From contig CAMWQA010000002.1 in the NCBI GenBank assembly GCA_947176265.1, positions 321 to 64,320 on the forward strand: a DNA stretch of 64,000 nt, given 5' to 3'. A program made the position numbers and the translations under genes. The notes below the pieces were generated by a model. It had not been told where the DNA came from. It ran no database searches and saw only the letters and a list, made by a program, of their open reading frames with translations. Shown one piece after another: positions 38,201-45,103 of this stretch (position 1 is its first letter; each line of letters opens with the position of its first letter). Source of the DNA: an uncultured Clostridia bacterium. Lineage in GTDB: Bacteria; Bacillota; Clostridia; Christensenellales; UBA3700.

Positions 38201-41200
38201 CATACCGCAAACGGCAACAAACCTGATACTATCTGTCTTACTTGATAGAATATATCGCCTAACATCCAATCTAAAGCTCCCAGCGCGCCTGCCGCGGTGC
38301 CTTGACCGATACCTCTCAAGAAGCTTTGGAGCAAAGGCACGATGACTTCTCTTAAATCGCCCCAGAAAGTATTGCTCTTGCCTTTAGTGCCGTAAATTTC
38401 TCTTGTCCAAGTGACCATACCGAGATAGTCCTTGTCAAACATATCGGGTGCCATCTTTTGCAGATTGACTATTGATTCGTGGCCGGTATTTTTTGCAAAT
38501 ACGTGGCTCATAATATCGTCAATAAGTTTATTTATAAGATATACGTCGAAATTAATCGTAACATTGAAAGTTCCGTTGGCTCTAAGATTGAGCATTATAC
38601 CTCTCTCGCCAAGCAGCTTGACTATGTCAAGTTCTGCAAATACCTTTGCAAGTCCCGTAGGCTCTTCGCCGGCAGCAGGCTCGGCAGCGTACGTGGAAGG
38701 TTCGCCGCCCAAAGAAACTTGCGCCGCGTCATTATTGCCCAAATTATCGAGCGCGCCGTCTATAGTCGAGAACAAATTGTCGATTACAGGCGCCAACATG
38801 CCTACGAGATCCAAATCTATATATTGCATGCCCACCGTATCGCCGATATCGATACCTGCAACCGATACGAGATTGGAACAAATCGCCAACGTCAATTGAC
38901 CAGAAGTCTTTCTGTGGTCAAGTACGATATATACGAGCGGATCTGCGCTTGCATTTTTGGATTGATTGTCGTCGTACATTGCCTTGTTGATATGCGCGAG
39001 CGTAACTACGAAAGTGCCTTGCGGAGCAGTAGGAGTTCCCTTGACGTTTGTAAGTTTCTTACCTGCAGAAGCCGTGACTTTCTCGATGATGATTCTCGTA
39101 TACATCTTGTAGTCGTCGGATACTGTGTCTTTGTTAGAACCTTCAAGGTCAACCGTGTCGCCCGTAAAGTTGGCAAGGTCGATGGTAAAGCCTATATCGA
39201 GATTGTTGAGCAACGTCGTCGTAAATTCTTTTCCGCTTGCCGCATTCCAGTCGGGCACGTCGTCAAAGTTGATAGGTATATTGACCGGTTTACCCAGCGA
39301 CAAACTGAGCGTCAAATCCATAAAGACGTCTTCTACTTGGAAGCCCATCTTGAAACTGTCTCCAAATAGGTCGAATACGCCGTCCAATCCGAGGTTGAGT
39401 CCAAGATTGATGCCAATCAAATCGTTGAGCATACCGTTGATGATAGAAGACGTGAAGTCGATTACGATTGCCGTATTCTCCAAATGGATAGCTTGCGTCA
39501 AATACTTGACGAAATCTTTGATTTCCAAGCCTTCGCCAATCGTAGCGACGCCGCTGTCAGCTGCAACTTCCTCATTCAAAGCAAGTTTGTCTGTGCCTTC
39601 GGGAGATGCGCCTACCGTCGGCAAACCTGCATTCTTCAACAAATCGTTAATTATGTCGTTGAGGTCAAAATTGCCTATATTCTTTATGAGACCGTCTACC
39701 ATCGTAAATACCTTGGTAACTATCGTCGAATTGACGATTTCGCCGCTGAACAAGCCAAGACCCGTAAGATCGATGATTATGCTGTTACGGTGTATATACA
39801 ATCCCAAAATGTTCTTCAGACCGTACTTCAATTCAAGCGATATCTTGCTGTTGGAGAATCTTGTCAAATCAAGGTCCCAAGATATTGCAAGCTGAACTTG
39901 AGCGTTCCAATCGTCAAGGTCGAGGTACATCGGTAAATCGAGTTTCTTGCCCGCGTTTGCCAAAACGTTGTTAATCAAACGCGTGAGGTTCATCTCGTTG
40001 TCAAGAGTTTGAAGGTCAATATCAAGCACTACGGAAGCTCTTCCTACCGTGTCGAGAATTGCGTCTATCAAATCAGACTTAAAGTCGTTAAATTCTTGCG
40101 ATTTCTCCTCGATAGGATACTTGTGTTCCCCGAGATCGCCCACGATTACCGGATTGTCTGAAGTACCTGCCGAGAATACGAGATGCATATTGCTGCCGTA
40201 GTTATACTTCTTAGTCGTATAATAAACTACGTCAGGATTAGGTTTTTTCTCGTCAGCAGGTTTATCTTTGATATTTCTGTATACCTTGCCTGCCTCTTTT
40301 GCAATAGGCTCGCCTTTTGCGTCAAAGTAGTATACTGCCTCTCCGTTCTCGTCGAGTTTAGGTATAAAATCTCCGATAAGTTTAAAGATAAAGCCGTCTT
40401 TTCTGCCAAGTTCAACTGTCAAATCCACTTCCATAAGGCTGAGCGCCTCTGCAAGAGTATTGCCCAAATCGGTATTGGCTGCGCTTAGTAATGCAAGTAT
40501 AGACGCCAAAGATATAGACGGTATGAATTTATCGGTATTGAATGCAAATATTATTGCTTGAGCGGGATCGATTTCTCTCGCCTGAGCGTAAGTCGCAATA
40601 CCCGAGGTATTCTGCGTCGCGCCGTCAGCGCTTTGAGTTGCTACCTGAGAATTAAGTCCAAGCAATTCTTTAAAGTCAAGCTCAAATTTCAAATCTCCGT
40701 CCTGTACGTTGATTTTGGTAAGCAAATCTCCTACTACGTTGTCAAGTAACGAGTATATCAAATCAGTGAAGTTGAGCGAGAAACTCAATTTCGGCAATAC
40801 GATACCTGCAATATTGAAATTAGAGATATCTATATAAATATTATTATTATATCCGTATATACCCAACAATACTTTATTAGGCTCTATAATCTGATGGTTG
40901 CCTACTTTGATACCGCTTTCCGTCTTCATCTCCAAGACTATCATTGATTTTGCCGTATCTGTCTTATTGAGGGCAATTTGCAAGTTGAGCGAAGCGTCGA
41001 GAACAAAGTCGTTGTCAAACGTCCACAAAATCTGAGAATTCTCTACTTCTTGCACTCCAAAACCTGCAATAAACGGCGCAAGGTCATAAGTACCCTTATC
41101 AAAATTCATTGTAAATCCGCTGCTGAATCTAATACCGCCTAGTACATGGTCGATTACGCCGTTGAGCGACGTGAGATAATCCTCTCCGCTGCCCACTCTG

Positions 41201-43194
41201 CTGTCTATGTAATCCGCCAAATCGTCGTCTTTTAATCCGATAAAGAAATCGCCGATTGAAAGAGCAATCGCAAGCGCAGGATCGGTAACTATAATCGTGC
41301 CATTGCTATTCTCCGGATCGGGCACTTTAGACGTATTATTGAGCGTCGTGCTGACAGAAACGCTGTCAAGTCCAACTTCCGAAGTATTGATTGACAATAC
41401 TATATCGCCGATTTCTTTTGGCAAAGATATCGTTTTCAAAGCGGGTATAAGACCGCCAAGCGTTTCGAAGAAATTGTCGTTGACGACCAACTTTATACTT
41501 GCTCCGTCTACGAAGATATTGGGTTCTTGGACGACTACTCCGTCTTTAATTTTTTCATTCAAGCCCAATAGCTTTGCTATTGCGTCTACAAAATTGCTGA
41601 TACCTGCCGATAGCTTAAAGCTTCCGTCGTCTTCGGTAGCGAGGGCAACGACGCTTGCGCTAGTAGTAGAAAGTACTTTTTGCACTGCGGACATACTTGA
41701 GAGATTGAGCGAACCGTTATCGTTTACGGTAAGTTCGCTCTTGCGAAGTCCGGCAAAGTCAAGTCCGAATACTCCGTCGATAGCGTCGGTAATGAGATCT
41801 ACGAGATAATCAACCAAGTCTGTAAGACTTGCGTCGAGTTTTATGTTGAGACCATTGAGATAATTGGGCAACATATTATCCGTGTTGAGGTAGAAACTGC
41901 CTTCCGTATAATAGATTCCCATTTGAGGCTTGCTCTCAACGGGTACGCCGTCTGTATTGATAAGGAATAGTTCGATAGCAATCTTATTATTGTCTACCGG
42001 TAATTTGTCGTAGTTGAGGTCGAGATCGATCTTGAAAGCAAGTCTTATTCCAGTGCCGCCCTGCACGAGTATCAGACCTTCGGGTATTCTGAAAGTCGTA
42101 GACGCGCCGAGGAAGCTGTTGATCAATTTACCTAAGTCTAATCCTTTTTGATGACCTTCTTCGTCTTTGACGGAATCAACTATCAAGTCGATTGAGAATT
42201 GCAAATTGGTAAAGCTGAATTCAGATATAGCTCTGTCCGCCAAGTCTCCGGGCAAGCCTATATCCAAATCTGCGGTGTTGCGTATTTGGAAGAACAAGTC
42301 GATGTCAAACGTCTTGTCTTTACCTCCTGCGCTTTCTCCGCTCAAACCTGCTCCTGCAAAACTACCGTCGCTTGCGAATTGAGCGTCTATATACATGGTG
42401 TCATCGGGAATTAAATTAGCAATATAAGAAATAATAGGCTCAATGTCAATAGGGAGTTGTACGAGCGAGCCAATCAAACCTGCAGCTTTGCCTAAAAGCC
42501 CCTTAAGCTTCATTTCCATCCTTATTGTTTGGGAATTATCGTCATTATTAGTCACTACAGGTTGTTCAAAAAGCAAACCGAATACCATGTCAAGGTAGCC
42601 TGTAATATCAATTGTACCCAAGAGGTCTCCGACTTTATCGCCTGCGCCCTGCACTAATTGGACGACGTAATTGAAATCAAAATCAGACAAATAGATGAGC
42701 GGAGTCGTGCCGTCTGCCAAATCTATGTAAATCTTGTCGTTGACTATATAAATAGCAAAAACCAACTGCTTTTGCGTATTTGCAACGGAACTCTTTTGCT
42801 GTTGATAAACGGCAAGGCAAAGTTCGTTGCGAATTTCGTTGTAGAAATTGCCCTTCAAGTTTATAGTCGTAATCTTATCTTTGATATCGGCTTTGACCTC
42901 GATATCAATATTGAGAGCCTGCTCGGGCACTTCAACGGATTCTATAATCTTGTTAAACACGCCCATAGGATCCAGTGTAACTACTACAGGCGGCTTTGGT
43001 TTTGTTCCAATAAGAGGATCATCGGGATTATTAGGATCTTCTATTGGGCCTGGGTTTCCACTTTCAATCGGTTTATTTCCGCTTTCCCCATTGTTACCGC
43101 CGCCATTAGGCTTACAGGCAACGAGCGTCGTGAGCAGAGCAATCGCCAAAACTGCTATCAACACGAATACGGTAATTAACTTGGTCTTTTTCAT
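35233..43194 (-). CDS. Giant lipoprotein 4 (2653 aa): about 1650-aa uncharacterised beta-rich/helix-punctuated region + Big_4-like Ig modules
   Basis: Lipobox LLTTLVAC followed by a G/N/P-rich linker. The long N-terminal part has recurring LxDxLxxxLG-type helices. The C-terminal third has modules of the type FPSEVTVKYMSGKTSVLKVNDSHW and LPDFLTIVTNDGKTQKINTQYLSVSGW. GAGGGA RBS at 43198-43203. Confidence 0.9.
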   Translation of the reverse strand: MKKTKLITVFVLIAVLAIALLTTLVACKPNGGGNNGESGNKPIESGNPGPIEDPNNPDDPLIGTKPKPPVVVTLDPMGVFNKIIESVEVPEQALNIDIEVKADIKDKITTINLKGNFYNEIRNELCLAVYQQQKSSVANTQKQLVFAIYIVNDKIYIDLADGTTPLIYLSDFDFNYVVQLVQGAGDKVGDLLGTIDITGYLDMVFGLLFEQPVVTNNDDNSQTIRMEMKLKGLLGKAAGLIGSLVQLPIDIEPIISYIANLIPDDTMYIDAQFASDGSFAGAGLSGESAGGKDKTFDIDLFFQIRNTADLDIGLPGDLADRAISEFSFTNLQFSIDLIVDSVKDEEGHQKGLDLGKLINSFLGASTTFRIPEGLILVQGGTGIRLAFKIDLDLNYDKLPVDNNKIAIELFLINTDGVPVESKPQMGIYYTEGSFYLNTDNMLPNYLNGLNIKLDASLTDLVDYLVDLITDAIDGVFGLDFAGLRKSELTVNDNGSLNLSSMSAVQKVLSTTSASVVALATEDDGSFKLSAGISNFVDAIAKLLGLNEKIKDGVVVQEPNIFVDGASIKLVVNDNFFETLGGLIPALKTISLPKEIGDIVLSINTSEVGLDSVSVSTTLNNTSKVPDPENSNGTIIVTDPALAIALSIGDFFIGLKDDDLADYIDSRVGSGEDYLTSLNGVIDHVLGGIRFSSGFTMNFDKGTYDLAPFIAGFGVQEVENSQILWTFDNDFVLDASLNLQIALNKTDTAKSMIVLEMKTESGIKVGNHQIIEPNKVLLGIYGYNNNIYIDISNFNIAGIVLPKLSFSLNFTDLIYSLLDNVVGDLLTKINVQDGDLKFELDFKELLGLNSQVATQSADGATQNTSGIATYAQAREIDPAQAIIFAFNTDKFIPSISLASILALLSAANTDLGNTLAEALSLMEVDLTVELGRKDGFIFKLIGDFIPKLDENGEAVYYFDAKGEPIAKEAGKVYRNIKDKPADEKKPNPDVVYYTTKKYNYGSNMHLVFSAGTSDNPVIVGDLGEHKYPIEEKSQEFNDFKSDLIDAILDTVGRASVVLDIDLQTLDNEMNLTRLINNVLANAGKKLDLPMYLDLDDWNAQVQLAISWDLDLTRFSNSKISLELKYGLKNILGLYIHRNSIIIDLTGLGLFSGEIVNSTIVTKVFTMVDGLIKNIGNFDLNDIINDLLKNAGLPTVGASPEGTDKLALNEEVAADSGVATIGEGLEIKDFVKYLTQAIHLENTAIVIDFTSSIINGMLNDLIGINLGLNLGLDGVFDLFGDSFKMGFQVEDVFMDLTLSLSLGKPVNIPINFDDVPDWNAASGKEFTTTLLNNLDIGFTIDLANFTGDTVDLEGSNKDTVSDDYKMYTRIIIEKVTASAGKKLTNVKGTPTAPQGTFVVTLAHINKAMYDDNQSKNASADPLVYIVLDHRKTSGQLTLAICSNLVSVAGIDIGDTVGMQYIDLDLVGMLAPVIDNLFSTIDGALDNLGNNDAAQVSLGGEPSTYAAEPAAGEEPTGLAKVFAELDIVKLLGERGIMLNLRANGTFNVTINFDVYLINKLIDDIMSHVFAKNTGHESIVNLQKMAPDMFDKDYLGMVTWTREIYGTKGKSNTFWGDLREVIVPLLQSFLRGIGQGTAAGALGALDWMLGDIFYQVRQIVSGLLPFAVWNTATLEINVVDATISNIHFKGQDKGEHIYIDNDPNKGIAYDKGRDSRGGNSAAKDNPGYFTEIFIYNSSKSVGESTADGENNGLVTWADIPVDITFIPYIYSSIDAGVNELIATNFEKKVAIYQKGTTIMRANVVFKIMNGEDEQNMVAANLKAMLNRGKEFKVKAIADFSGGIHKELKISIDPRSDGGGLKSIEDIEMHAYDDSLPDFLTIVTNDGKTQKINTQYLSVSGWRPTKYEEHDVEATVAFKNGAKLPLTIHYLDSTIDKIIIDGTEGTEVNINLYDFNINIGDENANASSIEDYTPETLFFKYPDGKAVGLDVIGGWNTQEAQQNLFGRKLVNGYSTDVSGGQFTITSKIAAFDGKAPQTVELTFVVKTKKVYSLTINDAVNTINIDPYKYYMYMIGESDENPFPSVVEANYLDEYANPKYDPNKAESATNQKTIKEEYNEDVHVAWGKMNNVLFDWNNNNDQVNQVEITLDKEAYPNSSFTWTFNKTQVAVLRNEVEAVYFDEKLTQSALFIDPFQYIINGEGVKNFPDHAYVQFTNGAVYYMPIAWKGLEDFIINPDRPAQFRQFEVVIGFDIDTYTRTGEIVEYSQINGTLLQEKFVNVQVENRVPAGIMVAGSELMGGTFYIDPVQVLYYGMEPFPSEVTVKYMSGKTSVLKVNDSHWKRNFAITMKGRKNLTATLKLNDQYSFDINVEIIDRNNLKSELTEMAIDPYIYTMDERGNRLYDVYADNTNLYQSVGTIDLATYQIVGRKVASANISKVNKTFLKYVITYEQDGKTLTQTETDIEYIKDFVATNGESITIKSAEVYEYFNVPIVWNLSEINYSIADYYTVRTTVQASNSNFNKEYKVIVEVKAKKAVTISGDVEYIMVGGTNLSETAKATQKLTLSRTVIFDDGTSGKYDVTLDLTKIKYDTTNAATLRWSKDAEGSMVITDLRKNLNHVITTAEEVADCAMEVEVTVCSGDIAQTCTMKIHVLDNQMG

Positions 43195-43232
43195 AATTCC
43201 CTCACTTATGATTGCTGATTTATTACACGTTT

Positions 43233-43266
43233 ATTTTAGAATATAAACCTTAAACATACCTTAAAC
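43233..43266 (-). promoter_or_regulatory. Activator-type promoter candidate: two 11-bp-phased GTTTAAGGT repeats replacing the -35, plus a TAAAAT -10
   Basis: Plus-strand ACCTTAAAC at 43247-43255 and 43258-43266. Minus-strand TAAAAT at 43233-43238, 8 nt downstream of the proximal repeat. No TTGACA-like hexamer lies at the proper distance. Confidence 0.4.
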
Positions 43267-43390
43267 TTTTTTACCGCCTATATATACGCGTGCAATAATA
43301 GATAACGATTGGTCATATTTTTAACGCTATGCCCACTATATCTAGTGCACAGTGTCAAATAAAGCACTAAAAACCCATCAAAAAGCCTTT

Positions 43391-43412
43391 ATAAATTTTA
43401 CATAAATTTTAC
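43391..43412. promoter_or_regulatory. Exact tandem duplication of an 11-mer (ATAAATTTTAC x2), possible regulator binding site
   Basis: 43391-43401 and 43402-43412 are identical. It lies 43 nt downstream of the response-regulator stop and about 200 nt upstream of the giant-operon start codon. Confidence 0.4.
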
Positions 43413-43454
43413 ATTTGAATTATTAAAAGTTTCTTAAAATAGAATAAATATATC

Positions 43455-44138
43455 TCAATCCGACGCGGCAGATTTTGCGTCCGACCACATGTATCCCAAG
43501 TTTTTTATAGTCTTGAGATATCCTCCGCAACCGTAACTTTCCAGCAATTTTCGTAATTTCGACATATACACTTCAATGACCGTGATGACGGTCTCGCTGT
43601 CAAGTCCCCATATTTTATTGAAAAGTTGATCTTTGGAAACGATGATATTACGGCTGCGTATAAGACATTCCAAAATATCATATATTTTGCCCGACGTCTT
43701 AACGTATTCCCCGTTGATTTTGAGCATCTTGCTGTTGTAATCCAGCTCTATGCCGTCGTTGACGTACTTGCTGTAGAAGTTATCGTTATAACGACGGAGT
43801 ATTGCTTCGGCTCTTGCCAAAAATTCCTCTCTGTGAAAAGGTTTTACAATATAGTCGTCTGCGCCTGCCCGCAGACCTTCAATCCTTTTTTCGACGGTAC
43901 TGAGCGCAGAAACAATCAAAATTGGACAGTTGCTCTTTTTCCTCAAAGCCCTTATTATCTCTATTCCGCTCTTTTTAGGCAATATCAACTCCAAGACGAC
44001 TAGGTCGTACGCCTTAGCCTCTGCCATATACAATCCGTCTATGCCGTCGTATGCGCTTTCGCAACTTCCCAACTTGCTAAGCGTTTCGACGATACTTTGA
44101 TTGCTTTTATTGTTGTCGTCAATAACCAAAAACTTCAT
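43455..44138 (-). CDS. OmpR/PhoB-family response regulator, atypical (Glu at the phospho-acceptor position), orphan
   Basis: 227 aa. Receiver domain (VIDDN..., LVVLELILP, ILIVSALS, DDYIVKPF) plus a winged-helix output domain (IYDILECLI...VIEVYMSKLRKLL...TIKNLGYMW). Codon 50 is GAG at 43989-43991. AGGTGA RBS. Confidence 0.85.
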   Translation of the reverse strand: MKFLVIDDNNKSNQSIVETLSKLGSCESAYDGIDGLYMAEAKAYDLVVLELILPKKSGIEIIRALRKKSNCPILIVSALSTVEKRIEGLRAGADDYIVKPFHREEFLARAEAILRRYNDNFYSKYVNDGIELDYNSKMLKINGEYVKTSGKIYDILECLIRSRNIIVSKDQLFNKIWGLDSETVITVIEVYMSKLRKLLESYGCGGYLKTIKNLGYMWSDAKSAASD

Positions 44139-44190
44139 TTTTCACCTTGTTTAGACACAACTTGAAGAAAATATCGTATCTTTAATGTCA

Positions 44191-44220
44191 ATTATATCAC
44201 AAAAATGCGCAATAAATCAA
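44191..44220 (-). promoter_or_regulatory. sigma-A-type promoter (extended -10) of the response regulator gene
   Basis: Minus strand: TTGATT (44215-44220), 18 nt, TGaTATAAT (-10 at 44191-44196). Confidence 0.5.
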
Positions 44221-44262
44221 TAACTATTTTCGTCTAGCGCCCAAGCCAAGTGAAAAAGCTCG

Positions 44263-44799
44263 TTATTTCTTCAATTTCTTGAAAAATCCTTTTTGCGACG
44301 CGCAAAGTGGACACATTTGCGGAGCTTCCGCGCCTTGAGACGAATATCCGCACTTTATGCACTGCCATTTGACTGCCTTGCCGTCTTTATAGAGTTTACC
44401 CGTCTTAAGCTCTTCCATCACGCCTTTGAGTTCTTCTTCCGTCGCGCTGTCGACGCCGGCAACTTCTTCTATAACTCCCGCGATATACTCAAAGCCCTCT
44501 TGTCTTGCCGTCACGGCAAAGGCTTCTTTCAATCTTTCGGCGGAAGCGTGCAACTGACCCGCGCAATATATCAAATTAGCGAGCGTATCCACTTCGTCTC
44601 CCTCTTGCATAATTCTATACAGCGCTCTGCAGTGTTCGCTCTCTTGGCGGGCAATTTCGTCAAGTCTGTCCGCAACGGTAAAATATCCTTGCTCTCTTGC
44701 CCTGTCGGAAAAGACTCCCAACACAGCCATATTTTTCCCTCTGCTCTCTATCTCTTTGATGATATTTTCATACGTCTTGCTCTTGTCTATAGTCTTCAT
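44263..44799 (-). CDS. Rubrerythrin-family protein (ferritin-like domain + C-terminal rubredoxin-like CxxC...CxxC)
   Basis: 178 aa. QESEHCRAL (ExxH) in the first half and WQCIKCGY...MCPLCAS at the C-terminus. GGGAGG RBS. Confidence 0.8.
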   Translation of the reverse strand: MKTIDKSKTYENIIKEIESRGKNMAVLGVFSDRAREQGYFTVADRLDEIARQESEHCRALYRIMQEGDEVDTLANLIYCAGQLHASAERLKEAFAVTARQEGFEYIAGVIEEVAGVDSATEEELKGVMEELKTGKLYKDGKAVKWQCIKCGYSSQGAEAPQMCPLCASQKGFFKKLKK

Positions 44800-45103
44800 A
44801 AAAAAAACCTCCCTGTATCAATCTTGTCCATTTTCAGACCCGATTATACAGGGAAGTTTATAGTGAAAAACTCTCGGCGGTTGTAGTAAATTTTCGGAGG
44901 TAGTTTTACTTTTTATTATGGCAATTTATGTTGCCGAGAGCAAAATTTATTGTGCCGTTTTGTCCATAAACTCCAATTTTATTACGGAGATATTCTAAAA
45001 CGCATACGTTAACACTTTTGACGCGCAATATAGCTCTGTATGCTGATATATTTTTAATCAATCTCGCGTCGACGCGCAGTCCGCTTTACTATTTTATCCA
45101 TAT

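Noticed and set aside
35938-39895. Plus-strand ORFs of 292, 155, 296 and 256 aa inside giant gene 4
   Set aside because: Same reasoning: they are antisense shadows of a continuous 2653-aa ORF, with overlapping mutually exclusive frames and no start-site signals.
43195-43454. Intrinsic terminator separating the response-regulator gene from the giant operon
   Set aside because: Only 4-5-bp stems are present (for example AGTGC...GCACT) and none has a U-tract. I could not support a terminator call, so read-through from the regulator promoter remains possible.
45065-45076. Perfect 12-bp palindrome CGCGTCGACGCG just downstream of the NlpC/P60 gene
   Set aside because: It cannot form a stable hairpin with a loop beyond a 4-bp stem, and no U-tract follows. 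It is most simply a chance GC-rich palindrome containing a SalI-type site. It is not repeated elsewhere in the window.
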